64,000 bases of DNA from an uncultured Melioribacter sp. (GTDB taxonomy: Bacteria; Bacteroidota; Ignavibacteria; Kapaibacteriales; Kapaibacteriaceae), in the NCBI GenBank assembly GCA_964465685.1, contig CAYXKK010000008.1, positions 4,121 through 68,120 of the forward strand, read 5' to 3'. Below the pieces are notes generated by a model, which did no database searches, had not been told where the DNA came from, and saw only the letters and a program-made list of their open reading frames with translations. The position numbers and the translations under genes are program-made. Below are positions 18,560-27,553 of the stretch, piece after piece; the first letter of the stretch is position 1, and every line of letters starts with the position of its first letter.

Positions 18560-20101
18560 ATGACGCACGCAGAACGCATTATCATCCTCGACTTCGGCTC
18601 ACAGTACACGCAGATCATCGCGCGAAAGGTGCGCGAGGCTGGTGTCTATGCTGAGATTCACCCATACTCCATAACTCGTGACGCGCTCGCACAGTTAGCG
18701 CCGAAGGGCATCATCCTCTCGGGTGGACCCTCGAGTGTGTATGCAGAAGGGGCCCCCATTCCGTCGTTTGATGTGTTCGCGATGGGTGTGCCGGTGCTCG
18801 GTATATGCTACGGACTTCAACTGATTGCGCATACGCTTGGTGGTGCTGTTGATAAGGCGGCACGACGTGAGTTTGGTCGCGCTGTCGTGAACATCGACGA
18901 TACGAGCGATCTCTTCCGTGGTATGTCTGCCACAACAGAAGTATGGATGAGTCACGGCGATCACGTGACGCAGATTCCAACCGGCTTCGAGCGCATCGGA
19001 CATTCCGAGAACGCCGATATCTGCGCGATCCGCAACACGGAACGTCGCATCTGGGGTATCCAATTCCATCCGGAAGTCCATCATAGCGTTGATGGCAAGA
19101 CTATCCTTAGCAACTTCGTCATTGGCATCTGCGGCTGCTCAGCAACGTGGAATGCATCGTCGTTTATCGAATCTGCAATTGCAGACATACGTCAGACCGT
19201 GGGTGATGGTGGCGTTATCTGTGCGCTGAGCGGTGGTGTTGATTCAACAGTTGCTGCGGTGTTGTTGCATCGTGCAATCGGTGACAAACTTCATTGCATC
19301 CACATCGATAGTGGATTGATGCGCAGCGGCGAGAGTGCAAACATCATTGAGATGTTCAAGACGCACTTCTCGATGTCTGTTGACCTTGTCGATGGTTCAG
19401 ACATGTTTCTCTCGCGTCTTGATGGCGTCGAAGATCCTGAGCGCAAGCGCAAGATCATAGGTGGTGCCTTCATTGATTTGTTCGACGTTGAAGCGAAGAA
19501 GTTCTCTGATGCGAAGTTCCTTGCACAGGGCACGCTCTACCCAGACGTGATTGAATCGGTCAGTACAAAGGGTCCGTCGGCCACTATCAAAACACACCAC
19601 AACGTTGGTGGCTTGCCAGAGAAGATGAATCTGAAACTCATCGAGCCATTCCGTGAGCTCTTCAAGGATGAAGTACGTGCGGTTGGACGTGAGCTTGGTA
19701 TCCCTGAGTGGTTTATCGAGCGTCATCCATTCCCCGGACCAGGTCTGGCAATTCGTATTCCCGGGGCAATAACACGTGAGAAGCTGGATATCCTCCGCTC
19801 TGCAGATGACATCTATCTCGACGAAATCCGCAAGGCCGGACTCTACACGCAGATCTGGCAGGCATTCGCCGTGTTGCTACCTGTCCGTACCGTTGGTGTG
19901 ATGGGTGATGAACGTACGTACGAACATGTGTGCGGTCTGCGCGCGGTAACAAGCACCGATGGTATGACGGCCGATTGGTACCACATGCCCTATGATGTAC
20001 TTGCCCGCATGAGCAACCGGATTATCAACGAAGTTCGTGGCATTAATCGCGTCGTCTACGACATTTCATCGAAGCCCCCTGCCACCATTGAATGGGAATA
20101 A
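18560..20101 (+). CDS. guaA: GMP synthase (glutamine-hydrolysing)
   Basis: GATase motif [11 protein letters not shown]-PPase loop SGGVDSTV, and a C-terminus ending ..PPATIEWE. Confidence 0.97.
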   Translation: MTHAERIIILDFGSQYTQIIARKVREAGVYAEIHPYSITRDALAQLAPKGIILSGGPSSVYAEGAPIPSFDVFAMGVPVLGICYGLQLIAHTLGGAVDKAARREFGRAVVNIDDTSDLFRGMSATTEVWMSHGDHVTQIPTGFERIGHSENADICAIRNTERRIWGIQFHPEVHHSVDGKTILSNFVIGICGCSATWNASSFIESAIADIRQTVGDGGVICALSGGVDSTVAAVLLHRAIGDKLHCIHIDSGLMRSGESANIIEMFKTHFSMSVDLVDGSDMFLSRLDGVEDPERKRKIIGGAFIDLFDVEAKKFSDAKFLAQGTLYPDVIESVSTKGPSATIKTHHNVGGLPEKMNLKLIEPFRELFKDEVRAVGRELGIPEWFIERHPFPGPGLAIRIPGAITREKLDILRSADDIYLDEIRKAGLYTQIWQAFAVLLPVRTVGVMGDERTYEHVCGLRAVTSTDGMTADWYHMPYDVLARMSNRIINEVRGINRVVYDISSKPPATIEWE

Positions 20102-20103
20102 TC

Positions 20104-20574
20104 ATGGATCCACTGCAACTGCACTTGTTGGTGAATCATCTTCCGATCATCGGCGCGTTCACTGCGCTCATCGTTGTTGTGATCGGTATGATCCGAAAGG
20201 ATGCAACAATTCGTACTGTTGGCCTCAGCGTGTACGCTGTGATGGCACTCGCAGTGCTGCCAACGTACTTTTCTGGTGAGGGTGCTGAGGAGCGTATCGA
20301 GAACATCGCGGGGATTAATCACGATGTGATCGAAGAACACGAAGAGTCAGCCGAGCTATCGCTCACAGTGATGCTTATTGCTGCAGCAGTAGCAATCGGC
20401 GCACTCTACTCGCATTGGAAAGGTCTGTCACTTGCACCAACGCTCACGACGCTCTTTGCCGTGATTGCGTTGCTTGCGATGATTCAGACAGCTCGCACCG
20501 GACATGAAGGCGGAAAGATCCGACGTCCGGATCTTGGATCGTCGGCACCGGCTCAGCAGATCAAGAACGACTAA
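20104..20574 (+). CDS. Hypothetical membrane protein (4 TM)
   Basis: The ATG at 20104 lies just after the guaA stop. The protein starts MDPLQLHLLVNHLPIIGAF.. and has hydrophobic segments; no family was recognised. Confidence 0.55.
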   Translation: MDPLQLHLLVNHLPIIGAFTALIVVVIGMIRKDATIRTVGLSVYAVMALAVLPTYFSGEGAEERIENIAGINHDVIEEHEESAELSLTVMLIAAAVAIGALYSHWKGLSLAPTLTTLFAVIALLAMIQTARTGHEGGKIRRPDLGSSAPAQQIKND

Positions 20575-20592
20575 GAAGAAAGTACCTCCCCT

Positions 20593-21147
20593 ATGCCGCA
20601 CGTTCTCGTGCCAATCTCCAACGGAACCGAGGAGATGGAAGCCGTCATCATCATCGACATGCTCCGTCGCGCCGGTATCACGGTGACGGTAGCTGGTGAT
20701 GGCGACGTGATCATTTGTTCGCGCGGTGTGAAGTTGGTGCCTGATGCCATCCTCGAAACACTCACTGACGATGATACCTTCGACGCCATCGTCCTGCCAG
20801 GGGGCATGCAAGGCGTCGAATCGCTGTCGGCAAACCCGAGCGTGGTCCACATCCTCGAACGTCATGTGGCATCGAAGCGACTCATCGCAGCCATCTGTGC
20901 AGCGCCGCTGGTGTTGCACGATCATGCACTGATGCCAAAGGGTGCTACGATCACATCACATCCAGGGGTAGCATCGTCGCTGCAAGACAAGTACACGTAC
21001 ACGCTTGATCGTGTGGTGGAGGACGGAACACTGGTGACCAGTCGTGGCGCAGGGACGGCGTTTGAGTTCAGTCTGGCGCTGATTCGACGTCTTACGTCAG
21101 ACGCGGTAGCTACGCGAGTGGCAACCGACATCGTTCTCTACGAATAA
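20593..21147 (+). CDS. DJ-1/PfpI family protein (YajL/ThiJ-like)
   Basis: Motifs GTEEME, DAIVLPGG and the nucleophile elbow AAICAAP. Confidence 0.85.
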   Translation: MPHVLVPISNGTEEMEAVIIIDMLRRAGITVTVAGDGDVIICSRGVKLVPDAILETLTDDDTFDAIVLPGGMQGVESLSANPSVVHILERHVASKRLIAAICAAPLVLHDHALMPKGATITSHPGVASSLQDKYTYTLDRVVEDGTLVTSRGAGTAFEFSLALIRRLTSDAVATRVATDIVLYE

Positions 21148-21194
21148 GCTGATTTTCCGTCCTGTACGTAGCCTCAGGGGCGGTAAATTGCGGC

Positions 21195-23303
21195 GTGAAA
21201 CGCTATCTCATTACCTCAGCCCTGCCGTACGCCAGTGGTGTTACGCATTTGGGCAACGTTGTCGGATCGACTCTACCAGCCGACATCTACGCACGCTACT
21301 GTCGTCTTGCAGGACGTGAGACACTTTCGATCTGTGGCTCCGACGAACATGGTGTTGCAATTACGATTGCCGCCGAGAAGGAAGGTGTTTCCCCTCGCGT
21401 AGTTATTGACCGATACCACGAAGCGAATGCTCGAGCTCTGAACGGACTCGACATAGTTTTCGATTGCTACGATCGTACATCGAACCCTATCCATGCTGCA
21501 ACAGCGCAAGAGTTCTTTCTTGTATGGCGAGATAAGGGGCTCCTCGTTGAACGCGAAGAGAATCAATTCTACGATGACGACGCAAAGATCTTTCTTCCCG
21601 ATCGCTACGTCGAGGGTACATGTCCGAACTGCGGACACGATCGTGCACGTGGAGATCAATGCGATAGTTGCGGCGCGTACTACGACCAGCTGGATCTGAA
21701 GAATCCTCGCTCACTTGTGAGTGGGAAGCCCCCTGTCGTACGCAAGACAAAACACTGGTACTTCCGTCTTGATGCATTTCAAGCGTGGTGCGAAGACTAC
21801 ATCCAACAGCACGCTGGCGTTTGGAAGGACAACGTCTTGCAACAAAGTCGATCGTGGCTCACGCAAGGCCTAGCCGAACGCTCTGCTACACGCGATATGT
21901 CATGGGGCATTCCCGTTCCACTCGATGGAGCCGAAGGCAAGGTGCTCTACGTATGGTTCGAAGCAGTACTTGGCTACATCTCCATCACCAAGCAGTGGGC
22001 GCAACAACAAGGCACGCCCGATGCATGGAATGCATGGTGGCGTAGTCCTGACACCACCTACACAGCATTTCTCGGCAAAGACAACATCGTATTCCACACG
22101 ATCATCTTTCCTATCCTATTGCACACGCGCGCCGACGAAGGGTACATCCTTCCTGAGAATGTTCCTGCCAATGAGTTTCTGAATCTCGAAGGAAAGAAAT
22201 TCTCGAAGAGTCGCAATTGGGCGATTGATGTTCTTCAATACCTCAATGATTTTCCGGAGCCACAACACCGCGACGTGTTGCGCTATGTGCTCACGATGAA
22301 CATGCCTGAAACACGCGACAGTGATTTCACATGGCGCGACTATCAGGCACGCACGAACAACGAGCTTGCCGCAATTCTCGGCAACTACGTCAATCGCGTG
22401 ATGCAGTTCACGCAGAAGAACTTCAACGGCGCTGTACCGGCATATGATGCGACAGTAGAACCTGATGAACACGAGCGTGTGCTTCGTGCAGCTCTCGAGA
22501 ATGGACTTCGTGCTGTTGGTGCAAGCTTGGATGCATATCGCTTCCGCGATGCAGGCACAGAGGCAATGAACATAGCGCGTGCCGCCAACAAGTACTTCAA
22601 CGACAAAGCACCATGGAAGGCTATTGCGAGCGATCCAACTGACTGCGCACGGACGATGCATGTGTGTATTCAAGCGATACGCACCTTAGCAATTGCGTTC
22701 GCACCGCTGTGTCCGACTGCATCCGCAACGATTCAGCGCATGCTCGGTGAAGTGCCTATTACCGGTGCGCCCGGTGAGTGTACAATCGGTGATGATCGTT
22801 GGACAGGGGGCGCTGCATTTACGCTACCGGTTGGCCGTGTACTCGGCGAGCCGACAATCTTGTTTACAAAAGTGGAGAACGACATCGTGGAGCGTGAAAT
22901 CGCCAAGCTTGGAACTTCGGAAGATCAAGCAGCACCGGCATCTACACCACCAGCTGCTTCTGTAGCAGAAGACGGTGTGATCACCATTGATCAGTTTGCT
23001 GCTGTGCGTCTGCGTACCGGTGTGATCCTCGAAGCAGAACGCGTCGCGAAGTCAGAGAAGCTTCTCAAGCTCCAGGTAGATATCGGTACAGAGAAGCGAC
23101 AGATCCTTGCGGGCATTGCTAAGCACTATACGCCTGAGGAATTGATCGGTCGTACAATCTGTGTTGTTGCGAATCTCAAGCCTGCGAAGTTGATGGGTAT
23201 GGAATCTCAAGGCATGGTGCTTGCCGCTTCAAATGCTGATGGAAAGCTTACGTTGATGACGCCGATGGATCCGTCTGTTGGTCCTGGCGCAGAGGTTCGC
23301 TAA
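21195..23303 (+). CDS. metG: Methionine--tRNA ligase with a C-terminal tRNA-binding (EMAP-like) domain
   Basis: Motifs ITSALPYASGVTHLGN, zinc knuckle CPNCGHD..CDSCG and KFSKS. The C-terminus has VANLKPAKLMGMESQGMVLAA. The start codon is GTG. Confidence 0.95.
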   Translation: MKRYLITSALPYASGVTHLGNVVGSTLPADIYARYCRLAGRETLSICGSDEHGVAITIAAEKEGVSPRVVIDRYHEANARALNGLDIVFDCYDRTSNPIHAATAQEFFLVWRDKGLLVEREENQFYDDDAKIFLPDRYVEGTCPNCGHDRARGDQCDSCGAYYDQLDLKNPRSLVSGKPPVVRKTKHWYFRLDAFQAWCEDYIQQHAGVWKDNVLQQSRSWLTQGLAERSATRDMSWGIPVPLDGAEGKVLYVWFEAVLGYISITKQWAQQQGTPDAWNAWWRSPDTTYTAFLGKDNIVFHTIIFPILLHTRADEGYILPENVPANEFLNLEGKKFSKSRNWAIDVLQYLNDFPEPQHRDVLRYVLTMNMPETRDSDFTWRDYQARTNNELAAILGNYVNRVMQFTQKNFNGAVPAYDATVEPDEHERVLRAALENGLRAVGASLDAYRFRDAGTEAMNIARAANKYFNDKAPWKAIASDPTDCARTMHVCIQAIRTLAIAFAPLCPTASATIQRMLGEVPITGAPGECTIGDDRWTGGAAFTLPVGRVLGEPTILFTKVENDIVEREIAKLGTSEDQAAPASTPPAASVAEDGVITIDQFAAVRLRTGVILEAERVAKSEKLLKLQVDIGTEKRQILAGIAKHYTPEELIGRTICVVANLKPAKLMGMESQGMVLAASNADGKLTLMTPMDPSVGPGAEVR

Positions 23304-23686
23304 TGACTCGACGGATTCTTCCTCCCGATGAAGAGCCCCTTGAGGATGTCGTTCCTCAGCGCGAGCCCCTTCCCACAAAGGAAGCACCATCGCTTGTCAA
23401 GCAGCGTAGACTTCTCAATCGGTGGAGCATGTTTGCACTCTTCTTTGTGAGTGCTATCTCGACCGTGTTGTATGTAAGTAACGTGATTGCTGTGAAGAAT
23501 CTGCTTTTGGAGTCGGAGACATTGCGTCGACGTATCGATTCGTTGCGATGGGTGAATGAAAGTCTTCGCACGGAGTCGTATCGACTCCAATCATCGGAGC
23601 GTATTACACGCATCGCACAAGAACGTCTCCAGCTGATACCTCCGCCCAAAGCACCAACAATAGTTGAAGAGACCACGTCGAAGTGA
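23303..23686 (+). CDS. ftsL: Cell division protein FtsL-like
   Basis: A single TM helix (WSMFALFFVSAISTVLYVSNVIAV) is followed by a coiled-coil and SERITRIAQERLQL. The gene sits directly upstream of ftsI. Confidence 0.65.
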   Translation: MTRRILPPDEEPLEDVVPQREPLPTKEAPSLVKQRRLLNRWSMFALFFVSAISTVLYVSNVIAVKNLLLESETLRRRIDSLRWVNESLRTESYRLQSSERITRIAQERLQLIPPPKAPTIVEETTSK

Positions 23687-25749
23687 GCACACCGGAACAG
23701 CCATATGAACCGATACGCTGGAAATCAGGGCTACTAACGCTCCTGTTTTCTATCGCATTTCTGCTGATCATCGGTCGACTGTTCTGGGTGCAAGTTGTGC
23801 AAGGGGCACACTATCGCGACCTTGCAAAGAAGCAATATGAGAGCAAGGTGCCGTTGCGCGCAGAGCGTGGCAAACTTGTCGACCGTTCAATGCGCGATAT
23901 CGCCTCAATGATGCAGACAACCTCGTTTGCAGCCGATCCACAGATGATCGAGCATCCGGATATGTGTGCGCAGCTTCTCTCTGCTGCAGCAGGTGAACCA
24001 GCAGCATCCTACCTTCAACGGCTACGTCGCAAAGACACGCGGTTTGTATGGTTGGCGCGAGGCGTCAATACCGTGATGTTTCCTGTGCTCGACACGTTGC
24101 AGGATCGCGGACTTATCAGAGTCAAGGAGCCAAAGCGTCTCTTCACTCACGGTCCGTTGGCAGCGCAACTTGTTGGCACAACTGATGTCGACAATAATGG
24201 CCTGACCGGACTTGAATTGCAGTATGATGCGTTGCTACGAGGTACGAGTGGCTTTGTCATCATGCAGCGTGATGGACGTGGACGTCTGCGTCCGGGCGTT
24301 GATCCAGAGCGTGAAGCACCGAAAGACGGTCTCGGATTGCAGCTGACGATTGATCTTGAAATGCAGCGCGTAGCCGAGCAGGAACTTGCGTATGGCGTAC
24401 GATTAGTTGGTGCGAGCTCAGGAACCGTTATCGCGATCGAGCCCTCGACCGGTGAGATTCTCGCCATGGCATCATATCCATCGTTTGATCCAACGCGTCT
24501 TGATCGTGCGACAGATGATGCGATTCGCATTCGGTCGATCACGGATCAATACGAACCTGGATCAACCATGAAGGCGATCACAGCAGCAGCATTGCTTGAT
24601 CGACGCGTCATCGGTCCAAACGATGTGGTCGATGGAGGTACAGGAGTGCTTTCGCTTCCAGGGGGCGTGCAGATTCGTGATGATCATCCGGTTGGACAGA
24701 CAACGTTTCGCGAAGCGATGGAGCAGTCATCGAACGTTGTATTTGCAACGCTATCACGAAAGCTCGACGATCGGGTGTACTACAAGTACGTGCGAGATTT
24801 TGGATTTGGTATTCCAACGGGGATTGATCTTCCGGGGGAAGTCCGCGGTCGGTTAAAGAAGCCAAGTGAGTTCGATGCTACGTCGAAGCTCTACATGTCC
24901 TTCGGCTATGAGTTGAGTGCGACTGCACTGCAAGTAGTTGCTGCGTACGCTGCAATTGCAAACGGCGGTGTATTGATGCAGCCACGTGTTGTGAAGAGTA
25001 TCCTCAACGACGACGGTACTGTTCACACAGCGTTTGAGTCGCAGCGGATTCGACAGGTGATTAGTCAGCAGACGGCAACAACATTGTCTGACATTCTCGT
25101 TGGCGTTGTAGAGCGCGGCACTGGAAAGGAAGCACGCATCCCTGGAGTCCGCATAGCGGGCAAAACGGGCACAGCGCAGCAGCTTACCGATGGTGTGTAT
25201 AACCGCCAGAATTACACCGCATCATTTGTTGGCTTTTACCCAGCGGATCAACCTCGTGTTGCGATGATCGTCATGTTGGATCGTCCAACGCTCAGCATCT
25301 ACGGTGGCGGAACCGCTGCGCCAATCTTCAAGCGCATTGTGCAGAAGACAATGACGATGCTCCAGCTGGATGCAGGAACGCAGAAGAAGATCGCCGCATC
25401 AACTCAGGCCGACACTGTACTCGTGCCCGATGTACGCGGTTTAACCGTTGCCACTGCCGACAGTGTACTTCGACGTCTTGGTCTGCGCTCTGAAATGGCT
25501 TCTGGCGAAGGAGTAATCACCAAGCAGGAGCCACAGGTTGGCACTCGACGTGAGCGTGGCAGCGTGATCATTGTTCACGGACAGCCACAGCAGGGTGCAG
25601 CGCCGCAGCGTCCCGACGTTGTTGGGTTCCCATTGCGGAGAGCAGTTACCGTACTTCATGCAGCCGGTTATGAAGTCAAGATCAAGGGAAGTGGTCGAGT
25701 TACCCAACAGCAATGGGTTGGATCGACATGTGTCCTTGTTGCACAGTAG
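23683..25749 (+). CDS. ftsI: Peptidoglycan D,D-transpeptidase FtsI/PBP with two C-terminal PASTA-like repeats
   Basis: Transpeptidase motifs are STMK (YEPGSTMKAITA), SSN and KTGTA. The C-terminal PASTA-like segments are VPDVRGLTVATADSVLRRLGL.. and RPDVVGFPLRRAVTVLHAAGYEV... Confidence 0.9.
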   Translation: MSTPEQPYEPIRWKSGLLTLLFSIAFLLIIGRLFWVQVVQGAHYRDLAKKQYESKVPLRAERGKLVDRSMRDIASMMQTTSFAADPQMIEHPDMCAQLLSAAAGEPAASYLQRLRRKDTRFVWLARGVNTVMFPVLDTLQDRGLIRVKEPKRLFTHGPLAAQLVGTTDVDNNGLTGLELQYDALLRGTSGFVIMQRDGRGRLRPGVDPEREAPKDGLGLQLTIDLEMQRVAEQELAYGVRLVGASSGTVIAIEPSTGEILAMASYPSFDPTRLDRATDDAIRIRSITDQYEPGSTMKAITAAALLDRRVIGPNDVVDGGTGVLSLPGGVQIRDDHPVGQTTFREAMEQSSNVVFATLSRKLDDRVYYKYVRDFGFGIPTGIDLPGEVRGRLKKPSEFDATSKLYMSFGYELSATALQVVAAYAAIANGGVLMQPRVVKSILNDDGTVHTAFESQRIRQVISQQTATTLSDILVGVVERGTGKEARIPGVRIAGKTGTAQQLTDGVYNRQNYTASFVGFYPADQPRVAMIVMLDRPTLSIYGGGTAAPIFKRIVQKTMTMLQLDAGTQKKIAASTQADTVLVPDVRGLTVATADSVLRRLGLRSEMASGEGVITKQEPQVGTRRERGSVIIVHGQPQQGAAPQRPDVVGFPLRRAVTVLHAAGYEVKIKGSGRVTQQQWVGSTCVLVAQ

Positions 25750-25791
25750 TCTGAGTTGTAACCACACCATAGGTTGGGGAGTTCTATCCCT

Positions 25792-27537
25792 GTGATCACT
25801 ACTCGATACATCCTTGCGGCATTCGTAGCTCTGCTACCACTGATTCTTTCGGCACAACCCATCCGTTCCGAGCGCTTGGACTTTCCTCCGACTGCGATCG
25901 GCACTGGCGACGAACGTGAGGTGCGCATCGACAACCTGCGGGATGGTATCACGTTTGTCGTCGTCGACACCTGTGATGCCCCTTTTCGTGTCATAACACC
26001 ACTCAACGAACTTGTGAGCAAGAGCGGTGAACTTCGTATTCGAATCGAATTTCTTCCGACGCAGGCAGGATCGTTTCGCGACGAGATCATTCTCGAGCAT
26101 CGTCCTCCCTCGTTTCCTCCGGGCGAGCGCATCCGTATTCGCGTGAGTGGAACAGGATTCCGCATTGAACGCAGTGATCGTATTGAATTCGGTAGTGTGT
26201 TGATCGGTGACTCCGTGCAACGGATGATTCTGATTCGCGACAATCTTGTGCGTGACGTTAACTGGAGTGTCTCACGACCTCCCTCTGCTCCGTTTGCAAC
26301 ACCCGACAATTCCTCGCCGTACCGACCGAATCGCGATACGGTTGGGTTCCGTTTCTCGTATGCGCCTGTAGCGACTGGTCGATCGGTAGACACGATAGGT
26401 CTGATTCGGACCTATATCCCGACAGGCAAAGCGCTCGATACAATTCAGGTGATTCTCGACGGTTCAGCTATCGCGATGAAGGACAGTGCGATGATCCAGT
26501 TTCGTGATCTCACACAAGGCATGACGGTATCGCAGGATCTTGTGCTTCAGTTACCTGCTTCACCCAAGACTCGAGAGTTTCGGTACAGTCTCACACCACG
26601 GATTACATCGGAAAGCATAACCGGGTCGATTAAGGATCCAACAGGTGTATCGCGCACGTCGTTAATCGCAATGTCATTTACGGCTCGTCCGCGTACACCT
26701 AGGGATATCCGAGAGCAATTCGTTCTGGTGCGCTCGCGTGCAGATGGTCGTCGCATCGACTCCACAATCATCACTGCAATCGTGACACTGCTCCCACAGC
26801 CAGTGGAGCTACGTGCCGCATACGTTGCTGATACACTTCGACATCGCATCGGCGATACGGTACAGTTCGATATCGTTGCTACGTCGAGGGAGCCCCTTGC
26901 CGATGAGCTTGTGCTTCGGGACGTAGTAGCTGAGTGCGCTATCAATGGTACAGTGCTTGTACCAATCATTGATGACCAGACTTCAATGTTCACGCGTGAT
27001 GATCGAACGTTTGTGCGTGTTGCAACCCGTGAACCCGTTACCGTCAACACCTCCGGTGATGTGATTGTGCGATGGACAGGAGTCGTTGTGCTTGGTGATG
27101 CTGCATACTCACCGCTCACACTAGAGTCGGTATCGGCCACGCTCCAAGACGGTACACGTATCACGCTCGAACCATCATCATCGGTCCTGCTCGTGACAAA
27201 CGTCTGGACGATGCCGGATGGCACACAGCGGCTTGTGAATCCTCGTGGCACACAGTTGGACGTAACAATTACACCGAATCCAATTGAGAGCACAGGAATC
27301 ATCACCATTGCGAACGTTCCAACTGGCGTGGGTCGACTCGAAATCGCAGACACGCGTGGTATCGTCGTGAGTGATCTCACACAGGCGATACGCTCCGGAC
27401 GCACGGAGTTTAGCGTTGCGTCTAGTGGTGCAGTTGATGTGCAGCTGCAACCGGGCATATACTATGCGCGCCTATCGGCTCAGTTATCCCCAACTGCGGC
27501 TCTTTCAACAGTCGTGCGCGCTTTCGTCATTCGCTAG
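25792..27537 (+). CDS. Secreted T9SS cargo protein with choice-of-anchor-D/ASH-like beta-sandwich repeats
   Basis: The GTG at 25792 (or TTG at 25774) gives the signal peptide ..ILAAFVALLPLILSAQP. Repeats: LDFPPTAIGTGDEREVRIDN..RIEFLPTQAGSF and IEFGSVLIGDSVQRMILIRDN... CTD: ITPNPIESTGIITIANV..GIYYARLS..AFVIR. Confidence 0.6.
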   Translation: MITTRYILAAFVALLPLILSAQPIRSERLDFPPTAIGTGDEREVRIDNLRDGITFVVVDTCDAPFRVITPLNELVSKSGELRIRIEFLPTQAGSFRDEIILEHRPPSFPPGERIRIRVSGTGFRIERSDRIEFGSVLIGDSVQRMILIRDNLVRDVNWSVSRPPSAPFATPDNSSPYRPNRDTVGFRFSYAPVATGRSVDTIGLIRTYIPTGKALDTIQVILDGSAIAMKDSAMIQFRDLTQGMTVSQDLVLQLPASPKTREFRYSLTPRITSESITGSIKDPTGVSRTSLIAMSFTARPRTPRDIREQFVLVRSRADGRRIDSTIITAIVTLLPQPVELRAAYVADTLRHRIGDTVQFDIVATSREPLADELVLRDVVAECAINGTVLVPIIDDQTSMFTRDDRTFVRVATREPVTVNTSGDVIVRWTGVVVLGDAAYSPLTLESVSATLQDGTRITLEPSSSVLLVTNVWTMPDGTQRLVNPRGTQLDVTITPNPIESTGIITIANVPTGVGRLEIADTRGIVVSDLTQAIRSGRTEFSVASSGAVDVQLQPGIYYARLSAQLSPTAALSTVVRAFVIR

Positions 27538-27553
27538 AGGTAGTTTTGCCCCT

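Noticed and set aside
27371-27553. N-terminal extension of track ORF 27371..29491.
   Set aside because: It overlaps the 3' end of the preceding cargo gene in another frame. The ATG at 27554 yields a clean signal peptide.
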